Source of the DNA: a virus
Lineage: Duplodnaviria > Caudoviricetes
DNA length: 64,000 nt
Direction: 5' to 3' (one strand)
Virus record (IMG/VR): IMGVR_UViG_3300031994_000043
Span: 32,001 to 96,000 of that record
The notes below the pieces were generated by a model. That model had not been told where the DNA came from. It did no database searches and saw only the letters and a program-made list of their open reading frames with translations. This document shows, piece by piece, positions 15,413 through 25,440 of this stretch. Each line of letters starts with the position of its first letter. Position 1 is the stretch's first letter. A program made the translations under genes and the position numbers.

Positions 15413-16033
15413 CTATGCGAACACTGCGTCTTCATCTCCATTAGTGCTGTCTAATTCGCAATCGTGATTATTAGAGAACTTAACTCCGAGTGTAGTGTAA
15501 ACCTGGTCGCCATAATCATACACGTCCGAACAAGCATATAATGTTGCGTTGTATTTTTTCAATAAATCGGAAAGTTCATTTTTAAATTCAGTTTCATATT
15601 TAGTTTGTCTATCTTTCTCAATTTTCTTTAGTCTATCATTGGTTACAGTTTCAAAAAATCTCTTAATTTCGTCATCAAAGTTAGTTTTACCTTCAAACGG
15701 ACAAGAAGGTTTATTCAACCAAGTTTTAATTGCTGAAGGACTTCCTTTATATTGTAAATGATATGGAATGTATTTTTTAGTTAAATCTGTATTTGTATCA
15801 TAAAAGCTTGAATAATTTGATTTAGTACAAGCATCCAAAGATACTGAATCTTTTACAAATTTATCTTTTTTGAGTGAACCCCATACAGACAATACAAGAT
15901 AAACACTTTTATCTTCTTTTAAATGACCGATAAGGAATTGTTCATAAACTCTATTTCCATCGTCAGTGTAACGCCATTCATTGAGAGTAAAGTTATGTTG
16001 TTTTAAAATTTCTTGTGCTTCATCTAATCTCAT
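15413..16033 (-). CDS. hypothetical protein with MxLxEA leader
   Basis: Start moved to MRLDEAQEILKQHNFTLNE. Confidence 0.75.
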   Translation of the reverse strand: MRLDEAQEILKQHNFTLNEWRYTDDGNRVYEQFLIGHLKEDKSVYLVLSVWGSLKKDKFVKDSVSLDACTKSNYSSFYDTNTDLTKKYIPYHLQYKGSPSAIKTWLNKPSCPFEGKTNFDDEIKRFFETVTNDRLKKIEKDRQTKYETEFKNELSDLLKKYNATLYACSDVYDYGDQVYTTLGVKFSNNHDCELDSTNGDEDAVFA

Positions 16034-16034
16034 T

Positions 16035-16754
16035 TTATTTGCTCTCATAATCTAATGCTGCCATTTCTTCATAATCAGGTTTATCACTATGATGAAGGTA
16101 AGTTCTCTTGCTTCCCATGTAATTATCATAATCCCAATTTATGTCTTCAATAAATGCAGCAACATTTTTGAATGTTCCACCGCCATCACCTTTAGGGGTT
16201 TGATATGATACTTGAAGTTTTTTAGATGGCTTTTCATCTTCATCTGGATAATACAGCGACCATCCAATTACATAGTCCTTTTTGCCTTTTCCCGGCTTCT
16301 TAAACATAAAGAACTTTTCAGTAGCGAAATCACCAATTCCTTTATTGTCGCCCATCTTTGCACCAATATATTTCCAACCTGTTTTCTTTAGTCCTTCAAA
16401 GATAGCAGCAATAGTTTTATTATTTTCTGGTGAACCGGCGAAGCTCTTTGCTCTTGTAATCTTTTGCTGAAGATTGCGTCCTTCTTCACCCCAAAGTGTA
16501 TGGTCATATTTTACTGGTTCTTCACCATAGTATCTTTTATAATCGTCTTTTGCATCATAATAGTCTTTACCGTGATTGCCTTTCTTCCAAAGCTTCTCAA
16601 AGTCTTTATCAAATGTTGAGTTGTGACGATGTGTCCACTTACGGCGCTGAGTTTGAGTCATGCCAGCAGGTAAATCAGCATCATCCCATTCATCTGTATC
16701 TTCAACAAGAAACCCTGCTTTTTTCAAAATTTCTTTTGCTTCTTTTAATTCCAT
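16035..16754 (-). CDS. hypothetical protein with MxLxEA leader
   Basis: Start moved to MELKEAKEILKKAGFLVE. Confidence 0.75.
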   Translation of the reverse strand: MELKEAKEILKKAGFLVEDTDEWDDADLPAGMTQTQRRKWTHRHNSTFDKDFEKLWKKGNHGKDYYDAKDDYKRYYGEEPVKYDHTLWGEEGRNLQQKITRAKSFAGSPENNKTIAAIFEGLKKTGWKYIGAKMGDNKGIGDFATEKFFMFKKPGKGKKDYVIGWSLYYPDEDEKPSKKLQVSYQTPKGDGGGTFKNVAAFIEDINWDYDNYMGSKRTYLHHSDKPDYEEMAALDYESK

Positions 16755-16755
16755 T

Positions 16756-17148
16756 TTAATACCCAAAACAATCCTGCCATTCTTTATTTACATCTTCCGT
16801 AAATTTTTCCAATTCGGGAGTCATTTCTGCTTCTAGTTTATCTTCCCACCAATCTTTGACTTTTTTGATTTTTACATTTTTCTCAAAGTCTTTAAACACT
16901 AATTGAGCATTACCAAAATTAAATGTAACAAGTAATGTATCAGTGTTAGGGTCCCATTTATAGTAAGTATCTATGTCATATTCTCGCATAGCAGTACCAA
17001 TAAATTCGTTTTCTTTATCCCCAGGTTTAAATTCTTCATCTTGAAATACTGCATTGATGATTTCACCAATTTCATATTTCCTTCTTGACTCTACAAGATA
17101 CCCGTGTAATTGTAATTTAGCAATAGCTTCATCTATATTCATTATCAT
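16756..17148 (-). CDS. hypothetical protein with MxLxEA leader
   Basis: MNIDEAIAKLQLHGYLVE. Confidence 0.75.
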   Translation of the reverse strand: MIMNIDEAIAKLQLHGYLVESRRKYEIGEIINAVFQDEEFKPGDKENEFIGTAMREYDIDTYYKWDPNTDTLLVTFNFGNAQLVFKDFEKNVKIKKVKDWWEDKLEAEMTPELEKFTEDVNKEWQDCFGY

Positions 17149-17158
17149 ATTTTACTCC

Positions 17159-18538
17159 TTATGAAATGGAACAGACTTCGTCATCTGCTTCACCATTCAA
17201 AAGGTCTGCAATTTCTTCATCAGATAGTCCTAAGGCTTTAAGTTTATTGACATCCCATTTCTTACTGGTTTTTTCATTTAGCCAAGTCTTGAAGTCTTGT
17301 TCCGTACTTTCTGTTTTTGTTTGTGTTTCTTCTTTTCTTATTGTTTTGATTTCGCCCACTTTCTTTAGTGGTTTAAAAGCATGTGTATGAGTCATTTGTT
17401 TAAATTGTTGTTTACCCATAAGGTATGGTTCCTTATCTATATCGTTAATAGGGAATAATGCTAATGCTTGTGGTGCATCAATTTTAGCTGCACTAATTTT
17501 ATTTGTTGCTCCATTCAAGCAGTTAATACCGTGCTGTCTAGCTTCATATTGTAATTTATAATCGTTACCGGCGTATTCAAATACACCTTCTTTACAAATA
17601 CTCATTAGTTTTTCAAAGTCTGTTCTGTTCATTATACAATAAGTATAATTCTTCTTTATATTACCAAAGATTCTGACATATTCATAATATGATTCAACAA
17701 TGAAAGCATCTTTTAATTTGTTAATGAGAGCCATTTTATCTTGCTCAGCATCTTTGCTTATATACTCATTTCTAGTAATGCCTAATTCTTTGAACTTCTT
17801 ATTCAATTCTTTGGCTTTCTTTAACCAGATACCATTGTGACAAGTAGCATCTGAACAGTCTAATATAGAAAGCCATTTTCTTCTTTTACCACGGCAAAAA
17901 TACTGATATGCTTCATACCAAGCTTCTTCAGCTAATCCATTATCGTAACAGTGAACATAATAGTGAAGCATTTCGTGAACAAGTGTATTTCTAAATTCGG
18001 CTAATGAAACATTACAGTTAGGGTTAATTAAAATTGCTGAAGGTTCAAACTTTTGAGCACTGAAATTAACTGAGTAACTAAATTTACCCATACAATCTTT
18101 TAATGGTTCTATTCTGACAGGTAGTTTATCTAGTTTGTTATCAAAATACTTAGCATTGAATTTGTCAAAAGCCTGATTAACGAATTCATTTGTTAATTCT
18201 ATCTTTTGGTAATCGCTTGAATCTACTTCAACTTCGGCAGGCTTTTCATTTTGCACAGGAGTTTCGTTTTTTGGTTCTCTATGTTTGATTACAGTAGTAT
18301 CTTCACCTCTATCCATAAAGGCAGTTACAGTATCCATCAAAGAACTAATTTTATTTCTGGCTCTATCGTCTAAAGGAAATTCCTTGTAGATTAAAGACAA
18401 CTGAGAATAAACTCTTTCAGAGTTCTTTTTGGACTTCTTCCAGGAGTTATATGCGTGTATTGCTTTCCAGTAGTAGTCCATCTGTTCAGGAGACAAATCA
18501 TCTGCTAATTTTTCAAATAAAAAATGCTCAAATTCCAT
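17159..18538 (-). CDS. SprT-like zinc metalloprotease domain protein
   Basis: FDKFNAKYFDNKL...TLVHEMLH...CHNGIW pattern typical of SprT-like domains. Confidence 0.75.
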   Translation of the reverse strand: MEFEHFLFEKLADDLSPEQMDYYWKAIHAYNSWKKSKKNSERVYSQLSLIYKEFPLDDRARNKISSLMDTVTAFMDRGEDTTVIKHREPKNETPVQNEKPAEVEVDSSDYQKIELTNEFVNQAFDKFNAKYFDNKLDKLPVRIEPLKDCMGKFSYSVNFSAQKFEPSAILINPNCNVSLAEFRNTLVHEMLHYYVHCYDNGLAEEAWYEAYQYFCRGKRRKWLSILDCSDATCHNGIWLKKAKELNKKFKELGITRNEYISKDAEQDKMALINKLKDAFIVESYYEYVRIFGNIKKNYTYCIMNRTDFEKLMSICKEGVFEYAGNDYKLQYEARQHGINCLNGATNKISAAKIDAPQALALFPINDIDKEPYLMGKQQFKQMTHTHAFKPLKKVGEIKTIRKEETQTKTESTEQDFKTWLNEKTSKKWDVNKLKALGLSDEEIADLLNGEADDEVCSIS

Positions 18539-18554
18539 TGGAAACCTCTTAATC

Positions 18555-18566
18555 TATTTATAAATA
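18555..18566. promoter_or_regulatory. overlapping divergent T4-type late promoters
   Basis: Palindrome TATTTATAAATA gives TATAAATA on both strands between divergent genes. Confidence 0.75.
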
Positions 18567-18570
18567 TAGT

Positions 18571-19179
18571 ATGAATTTATACGAAGCCGCAGATATATTA
18601 CATAAAAATGGATTTTTAATGGAATCATCCATTAAAGGTGATTTCGCAAAAGGTGAAAAAGGCGGTGAACCCTATTTTGATTTACCTAATGATTATACTT
18701 ATGATGATGCTAAAAGATACTTTATGGAAGCAATTTATGGTAAATTAGATGATGAAGATATACAAATTTATTGGGATAATTATTTGAGAAAATCCCGAAT
18801 AAAACAATTTGAAACAACATATAATCAGTTTGAAGATTACAAAAATAACACTAAACAAATTAAACTATATCGTGGATTGGTTCTAAATCGTGATAAAGAA
18901 GTAGATTTAGATAAAGCTGGTGAATGTTGGTCTTTTAATAAAAATGTTGCTGTAAAATGGGTAGATGGTATTTGGGATAATATGGTATTTAATCATATTG
19001 TAAATAGAGCTGAACTTGAAGACTGTAAGAAGGTTATTTTAACTGCTACAACAACATTAGATAATTGCCGTTTACCATATTCTATATGGCTTGCAGGACG
19101 ATTTGAAAGACCAGAATGGGAAGTTCGTGTAAAAGACGAATCAAAAGTTAAGATTATTAATTCAAAAGAAATAGAATAA
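18571..19179 (+). CDS. putative ADP-ribosyltransferase-fold protein with MxLxEA leader
   Basis: LYRG...CWSF...EWEV resembles the R-S-E triad. Confidence 0.5.
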   Translation: MNLYEAADILHKNGFLMESSIKGDFAKGEKGGEPYFDLPNDYTYDDAKRYFMEAIYGKLDDEDIQIYWDNYLRKSRIKQFETTYNQFEDYKNNTKQIKLYRGLVLNRDKEVDLDKAGECWSFNKNVAVKWVDGIWDNMVFNHIVNRAELEDCKKVILTATTTLDNCRLPYSIWLAGRFERPEWEVRVKDESKVKIINSKEIE

Positions 19180-20063
19180 TGACTGATTTCGCTAGTGAAT
19201 TTAAAAAGATTTTCAGTAATAGTTGCCCACCACAGACAGACTGGAACCAACCTAGATACTTTGATTCCTTAAACAATGACTGTTATGGCAGTGAGGCAGC
19301 TTTAATGGCAAGTTTAACGAGCGAAGCTTATAACAAATATGGTTTATCTGTTTATTACTTTGTCAAAGAACACGATACAAAGTTTGACCCATTACTTGGA
19401 GAAGACCAATTAGAAAACATTAAAAGAAGATTTGCTTTACAAGTTTATGCTGAGAATGTTCCACAATTACAGAAACAGTACCAATTACAAGGAATGATTT
19501 ATACCGAAATTGTGGAAGTTCAATGTACAATTCAACATTTCGCTGAAGCTTCTCGTTACGATTGGAAAACAGAAAACCCAACCGCATACGATTCTATTGT
19601 TCCAAAGATAGGCGACTTAATGTATTTCAAATACTCTGATTTGTATTATGAAGTATTGAATGTAAAACAATTTGCAGAAGGCACAACATTCTTAAGTACA
19701 CCAATTACATACAAATTTAGTTTGAGAGTTTGGAGAAATTCTCACGAAAATGTGGATGAGTTGAATGTAAACGATGATAATATGGAACATTTGAGAAGTT
19801 ATGTTGAACTTGGCGAAACTTTCAATGTTGAACACGATATGGAAGAACATACTGCGGCAAATAAGTTAAATCCTAATGCCGGTATGCAGGAGATACATAA
19901 GGACTACGTTCCTGACCAGACTAGCGTTGTTAAGGCCAAGGGAGACATACTGGCTATAAACGATAATCTCCAGGAAAAGGAGCAAGCACAGGCCGTTTAT
20001 GACCCAAATACTGACGAGTCTAAAAAAGATTTGCCACGAATTGACCCCTTTGACGGATGGTAA
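19179..20063 (+). CDS. neck/head completion protein (T4 gp14-like)
   Basis: FDPLLGED, PKIGDLMYF, YEVLNV and C-terminal DPF motifs. Confidence 0.65.
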   Translation: MTDFASEFKKIFSNSCPPQTDWNQPRYFDSLNNDCYGSEAALMASLTSEAYNKYGLSVYYFVKEHDTKFDPLLGEDQLENIKRRFALQVYAENVPQLQKQYQLQGMIYTEIVEVQCTIQHFAEASRYDWKTENPTAYDSIVPKIGDLMYFKYSDLYYEVLNVKQFAEGTTFLSTPITYKFSLRVWRNSHENVDELNVNDDNMEHLRSYVELGETFNVEHDMEEHTAANKLNPNAGMQEIHKDYVPDQTSVVKAKGDILAINDNLQEKEQAQAVYDPNTDESKKDLPRIDPFDGW

Positions 20064-20100
20064 TTATAAATAATAGACAAAATAAATGTGAGGTGAAATT

Positions 20101-20520
20101 ATGATAGAGAAAAAATGTAAAATCTGCGGTAACTTCTTTCATTCAAGAAAGATAGCAATGCATTATTGGAATATCCACCATAAGAAATATGGCGAATATA
20201 AAGATAATGAAGAAACGAGAGAAGTTCCTGACCCAGTTGGAGAAGAAGATGAGAAGAAAACCAGTAAGAAAACCAAAACCAGTTCCATCACAGGAACCAC
20301 AGAAGTAGAAATACAAACAACCCCGATAGAAACAGAAACAGTTCAAGAAGGTATTGTAAAAGTACCTGAAACAGAGCAAATCCCTTCGCCTGAATTATGG
20401 AAAGAAACAGCCCACTTGTTTGATGGGCCTGTTACTAATGAAGCAAGTAATGTTTTAAGAAAAACAGAAAAAGCAAATCCATTTGATAATGGCGAAACTA
20501 TAAACGAATGGTGTAATTAA
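20101..20520 (+). CDS. C2H2-type zinc-finger protein with acidic tail
   Basis: CKICG...HYWNIHH. Confidence 0.65.
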   Translation: MIEKKCKICGNFFHSRKIAMHYWNIHHKKYGEYKDNEETREVPDPVGEEDEKKTSKKTKTSSITGTTEVEIQTTPIETETVQEGIVKVPETEQIPSPELWKETAHLFDGPVTNEASNVLRKTEKANPFDNGETINEWCN

Positions 20521-20522
20521 AT

Positions 20523-21557
20523 ATGAAAATTTTAACTCCCACAGGTTATCAAAATTATCAAAAGATTATTAAGAAGAAAGCTGAATGTATTAAGCTTGTT
20601 TTTGACGATACAAGCATAAATTGTAGTTTAGACCACCGATTTGACAATGACGGTGTAGAAATTCCCGCAAACAAACTAAAAGTAGGTGATACTTTGTGCG
20701 GAAAGGTAATCAAAAAGATAGTTCCTTTGGGTGTTAAAGATGTTTATTCACCACTTATGGTAGAAGGTGGACACAAATACTTATCAAATGGTTTAATAAA
20801 CTATAACTGTTCATTTGAAGGTTCTTCACCTACACTTATTGAAGGTGATATAATAAAGACTTGGATTGGTATTGAACCAAAACGCACAGATTATGGTTAT
20901 CACATGAAAGTATTTGAAGATCCAATGCCAGGTGTTACTTATGTAATGGGTGTGGATAGTTCAACTGGTGTAGGACAAGACGATTGTGCGTTCCAAGTAC
21001 TTAAAATTGTGAATAAAGAATTATATGAACAGGTTGCAGTGTATAAAAACAACAAAATTAAACCATACGAATATGCCGCAGTGGTTGCCGAAGCAAGTGA
21101 ACGATACAATAACTGTCTAATGGTTGTTGAAAACAATGACTGTGGACGTTTCGTTACTGAAGAACTTTGGTATAACATTGGATGTGGTAACATATTGAAT
21201 ACAGACGGCAAAGGTATTGGTACAAGAGCAACACCTGCATCTAAACTTGAGGCCTGTATAATGCTTCGTGACGTAGCAAACGCAAAGAAACTTATTATTC
21301 ACGATTCAGAAACGATTTATCAGTTGAGTAGATTTGAACAAATCTCTCCAAACCACTTTAGAGGTGCTAAAGGTTGTCACGATGACCTTGTATCTAGTTT
21401 GTATTGGGCAATTTATTGTTTGAAACAACCTCAATTTGATTTAGATGCTGTACAGAACGCAGCAGTTGCTAAAAATGTTCAAGACGATTACGCTCCTCCA
21501 CCTTGTTTATTTGATGAGTCATCAGACAATAGTGATTTTTGGAAGAGTTTTAATTAA
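20523..21557 (+). CDS. terminase large subunit C-terminal (nuclease) half fused to the C-part of a split intein
   Basis: aa 1-95 intein blocks (KILTPTG, CSLDHRF, DVYS...YLSNGLINYN/C), then CSFEGSSPTLI, YVMGVDSSTG, VVENND, HDDLV of T4 gp17-type nuclease. Confidence 0.85.
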   Translation: MKILTPTGYQNYQKIIKKKAECIKLVFDDTSINCSLDHRFDNDGVEIPANKLKVGDTLCGKVIKKIVPLGVKDVYSPLMVEGGHKYLSNGLINYNCSFEGSSPTLIEGDIIKTWIGIEPKRTDYGYHMKVFEDPMPGVTYVMGVDSSTGVGQDDCAFQVLKIVNKELYEQVAVYKNNKIKPYEYAAVVAEASERYNNCLMVVENNDCGRFVTEELWYNIGCGNILNTDGKGIGTRATPASKLEACIMLRDVANAKKLIIHDSETIYQLSRFEQISPNHFRGAKGCHDDLVSSLYWAIYCLKQPQFDLDAVQNAAVAKNVQDDYAPPPCLFDESSDNSDFWKSFN

Positions 21558-22175
21558 ATGAGCTTTGCTAATAAAATAATACCTAGATTAGGACAACCGG
21601 CTGATGATAGTGAATGGTATGTCAAGGCGATGTATCAGTCTTTAAACGAATATATGACTGATATTGAAATTGCTATGGCAAGACCACAATTCACTGTAGC
21701 CGGTATTACTACAGTTCCTGGTTCTCCACCTATTCCAACACCTGTAACGGCTCCTGTCGGTCAGGTTTCAAACAAGCATATACAATTAACATATCCTGAA
21801 GTAAAAGCAGCTATGTTTTGTGGAAATGGAGCATTGACTTTTCCTAATTTGTTTAAACTATTTGCTTCCAAACTAATGCTTAATTTCACAAATGCTTATT
21901 CTTCTGCGATAGTTAGTGGAATAACCGCATTTACATTTGATGCTATAACACCTTTCACAACAATGGGAACTGCATTTATGACAGAAATTACTGGCATTGG
22001 TGCAGCAGGTGGAATGACACCTGAAATCTTCCATAATTCATTGAGTAAATACTTGGATTTAGCATTTAAATCTATCATTCCAGTAACAATGCCCTTTGTA
22101 GGTATGGGTTTAGTTCCATCTGGTCCGTTTACTGGTACGATTGTAATAGCATTTCAACAGGTAGCATTAGTATGA
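21558..22175 (+). CDS. hypothetical, probable virion protein
   Basis: P/G/T-rich 205-aa ORF in the late cluster. Confidence 0.65.
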   Translation: MSFANKIIPRLGQPADDSEWYVKAMYQSLNEYMTDIEIAMARPQFTVAGITTVPGSPPIPTPVTAPVGQVSNKHIQLTYPEVKAAMFCGNGALTFPNLFKLFASKLMLNFTNAYSSAIVSGITAFTFDAITPFTTMGTAFMTEITGIGAAGGMTPEIFHNSLSKYLDLAFKSIIPVTMPFVGMGLVPSGPFTGTIVIAFQQVALV

Positions 22176-23053
22176 TAGCACAGACATATAATAATTATTG
22201 GAAACTTGATTTGAAAGAATTACCAACAATGGGTAAGTTATATCCTGAAGGTACAGTAATCAAGATTAGACCTTTAAATGTTCAAGAAATAAAATACTTG
22301 GCAACAATTTGTGAAGAAAATGCTACTGATATCATTAACGAGATACTTGAAAAATGTGTATTATTGAAAAACATTGAATTTGAAGATATATTTTTAGGCG
22401 ACAGAACTTATTTGGCATTTTGGGTTCGTATCAACAGTTTCACAAAGAATTCTGGTTATGATATAAACATTAAGGAATGTGATAAGTGTAAGAATCCTTA
22501 TACAACCAACATAAAACTAACAGATTTTGAAGAAAAATATATCACTGAAGACCCACAGGAAATAGATTTACCTGATGCTGGTATTACATTGAAATTAAAA
22601 TACCCAACAATTAGGGATTTAGAAGTCAAATGCGAAGATAAAGAAGTAGAAAAATTTATTCGTCATATTGACGTCGCCGACAAGAATGTTGTTATATTGG
22701 AACAATTCATTAGAGGACTAAGTGCCCTTGATTATTCCATAATGAAAAACACAATAGATAAAATGGAAATCGGATTTAGTAATCAGGTAACCATTTATTG
22801 TCCTTTATGTGGTCAGCCACACACTTACACGATTGAATATACTGATATGGGATTGTTAGGTAGTGTAAACATATTTGAAATTCTTGAAATGACCTTGAGA
22901 ATAGCCAAGTCAATGAATTATCAGATTATGGACGATATGCCTTGGATGGAAGTAGAAATCTTACAGGAAGCTGCTAATAAGATTGACGAAGAAGAAAGAA
23001 AGCAGATGGAAAAAGACAATGGTAAGATTACTATGAACCGAAATAATATATAA
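22172..23053 (+). CDS. baseplate hub assembly protein (T4 gp26-like)
   Basis: LPTMGKLYP, IRPLNVQE, CDKC, LKYPT, CPLCG. Confidence 0.7.
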   Translation: MIAQTYNNYWKLDLKELPTMGKLYPEGTVIKIRPLNVQEIKYLATICEENATDIINEILEKCVLLKNIEFEDIFLGDRTYLAFWVRINSFTKNSGYDINIKECDKCKNPYTTNIKLTDFEEKYITEDPQEIDLPDAGITLKLKYPTIRDLEVKCEDKEVEKFIRHIDVADKNVVILEQFIRGLSALDYSIMKNTIDKMEIGFSNQVTIYCPLCGQPHTYTIEYTDMGLLGSVNIFEILEMTLRIAKSMNYQIMDDMPWMEVEILQEAANKIDEEERKQMEKDNGKITMNRNNI

Positions 23054-23190
23054 GTTCTCAAAAATAAAATTTTTCCGACAGTTTAAAGTTATTTAACTAT
23101 ATTTAATCATAGTTAAAACAAATTAAATAGACTCTGATAACTATGCGTAAGGACTGTAACAAGGAGGCTAAATAGAAAGGAAAATTTATT

Positions 23191-23818
23191 ATGGCAAAAC
23201 AAGACGATGAAAAGAAGTATTATGTAGATAACGCACGATTGAGAGAAGTAATCATTGAGTATAATCGTATGAACATTGACGATAATCGGTGATTGGTGTG
23301 CTTCGTATCTCCAGCGTTTGGAAAACAAGTTTTTAAAGCAGAAAATCACAGAAGAAAAGTACAATTCTGCCAAACAGTTTATCATTAACAAGTCTAGACA
23401 AATTAACAACCTTCACGAATCATACAATAATATGAGTCCTGAAGAAAAGCGTAAATTTAGACTTAATTTGGATAAACTAAAGAATGAAATGTGCGAATAC
23501 TTCCTAAAGATTATTAACGGTCGTATTAACTCATTTAGACTTCGTTCATCAGGTGCTTTAAAGAACCACGAGGACATTAACGATATAGTCCAAGACGCAT
23601 TTATCGCAGTAATGACATATATCAACCGTTACAATGATGAGAGAGCAACTTCTGCTTTCGCTTATGTAACACAGCTCGCAACAAATAGCATTTTGTTCTC
23701 ATTGAATGAAATTAAGGAACGTGAACAGAAAATGGTTACTGGACTTGATTTCTACGATAACTTGAATACTATTGATGACCCTCATAGTATGGATGGCTTG
23801 AATAAGTTTGTGGAGTAA
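23191..23818 (+). CDS. late sigma factor (T4 gp55-like), interrupted by a +1 frameshift near 23287
   Basis: Frame 1 MAKQDDEKKYYVDNARLREVIIEY...DDNR*; +1 frame continues to DIVQDAFI...YINRYN...SAFAYVTQ. Confidence 0.75.
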
Positions 23819-23820
23819 TT

Positions 23821-24138
23821 ATGGGCGGTTGGGATTTACAATGTGAAGGTTATTCTACTGCTAGGTATTTGTGGGAACATTATCCTGAGTTACACGATTT
23901 TCTTAAACCAATAGTAGAAGCAAATAAATGTACAAGGATTTATCCCTGTTATTTAAAAGTTGGTGATGAAAATGGTAACGAGTATTATGTGCTGCGATTT
24001 ATGGGCAAAGGTAAAATGCCCGTATACTACACTACTGATAGAAACAAAAAGTTAGTTACTATTGTTGCTGTGACGAGAAAAGTACCTGTAGAAGAATTAG
24101 ATTTAAACGAATTATACGAACATAGGGAATTACAATGA
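23821..24138 (+). CDS. hypothetical protein
   Basis: Packed ORF with GGAG SD. Confidence 0.65.
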   Translation: MGGWDLQCEGYSTARYLWEHYPELHDFLKPIVEANKCTRIYPCYLKVGDENGNEYYVLRFMGKGKMPVYYTTDRNKKLVTIVAVTRKVPVEELDLNELYEHRELQ

Positions 24139-24647
24139 AAGAAATTGAAGTAGAAGTTACTTTGTTAGAAATCAAGAATTTGTATGAGTATTTCTTTGCT
24201 GCATACAGACAACCTGGTTTGAGTCTTGAATGGAGTAAGGTCACAGTAAAGAATGTGAAATACTTGGAAACCCCATATAAACAAATTAGTCAGGGTGTTT
24301 ACAATGAAGAAAATGACCCAAAATTCTTTGAGTTCAGTGAGAAATACCAAAAACTAATTAAGAAGTATGCGGACCGAGATGACCAAGGAAACATTATTTA
24401 CGAAAATAATGACCCGGTCATTACAGAAATGATTGTAGAATTTGAGAAGGGTAAAAACGAACTAGAAACTGAATACAAAGACTTGTTAGACAAATTACAT
24501 AACAAGAATGAAATTAACAACAAATTCTTAAATCAAAAGGTTAAGATAAAGATAATGGTGCCGAACCTTGAGAGTGATATACCTGGAGCTGTTCCGCCAT
24601 TTGTTGTAGATGTTGTTACACGATATACAAAGAAAGAGGGTGAATAA
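24135..24647 (+). CDS. hypothetical protein
   Basis: ATGA overlap with the upstream gene. Confidence 0.7.
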   Translation: MKEIEVEVTLLEIKNLYEYFFAAYRQPGLSLEWSKVTVKNVKYLETPYKQISQGVYNEENDPKFFEFSEKYQKLIKKYADRDDQGNIIYENNDPVITEMIVEFEKGKNELETEYKDLLDKLHNKNEINNKFLNQKVKIKIMVPNLESDIPGAVPPFVVDVVTRYTKKEGE

Positions 24648-24659
24648 ACCCTCTTTTTT
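24633..24659. terminator. bidirectional terminator between convergent operons
   Basis: AAAGAGGGT-gaataa-ACCCTCTTT. Confidence 0.75.
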
Positions 24660-25431
24660 ATTTCCATTCATAAGGAATTTGTGCCAACTCTGCTGCACCA
24701 GTGTCAGTGTTTTCACCACACTTATTAAATGTAGAATTGTGGTTTGTTGGTGGATTAGCTTGTGAACTTGCTTGCTGATACAATGCTAAAGCACCTGATT
24801 GTACTTCTCTACAAAAACTAAACATACGTTCCATATCTGTTACTTTAGATGTATTAAATAAAGGAATTGTTGTTAGTTCACCATCAAATTCAAACATCGC
24901 ACGCATAGAAATAACATTAGAAGTATCAAACAAAGGGATGGATAGTAAAGCGGCACAATTATGAAACATACCAAGCATATTAGTAACACTAGAAGTATCA
25001 AATACAGTAGAAATAGTTGTAAAGTATTCACAGTTTTTAAACATATATTGCGTATTGGTTATTCCTTTTGAATTAGCACCTAAAACCTCTACAAGGTTCA
25101 TAGACCAATAAAATAAATTTTCAAAACTTGAACCACTCTTATAAACATCATACACATCAGTAGTACCTGGAACTAAAACCGCGGTATCATAAGAAGCATG
25201 TGTAGCTTTGCTCATATCTTTCAATGGTGCATTTCCATCATTTGTTCTAACTCTAACTGTATTAGCTGGTAAATGCAAAGGATTTAATGGGTCTGGTAAA
25301 TTTTCCAAGTCAATTACAAAAATTTTATCTGTAAAGCCAGTCATATACTGACCATTCTGTTTAGCACCTACAAATACTAAGTCATTGTCTATTTCATTTT
25401 GTCCGTTTGTATTTAAAATTTTATCACTCAT
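24658..25431 (-). CDS. DUF285/BspA-like repeat protein
   Basis: Repeats FDTSxVTNMxxMFxxC. Confidence 0.75.
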   Translation of the reverse strand: MSDKILNTNGQNEIDNDLVFVGAKQNGQYMTGFTDKIFVIDLENLPDPLNPLHLPANTVRVRTNDGNAPLKDMSKATHASYDTAVLVPGTTDVYDVYKSGSSFENLFYWSMNLVEVLGANSKGITNTQYMFKNCEYFTTISTVFDTSSVTNMLGMFHNCAALLSIPLFDTSNVISMRAMFEFDGELTTIPLFNTSKVTDMERMFSFCREVQSGALALYQQASSQANPPTNHNSTFNKCGENTDTGAAELAQIPYEWK

Positions 25432-25440
25432 ACAAACTCC

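Noticed and set aside
20523-20807. Intein-encoded homing endonuclease or group I intron splitting the terminase
   Set aside because: The intein part is only 95 aa with no LAGLIDADG or HNH motif, and the upstream gene ends 2 nt before the start, leaving no room for an intron.
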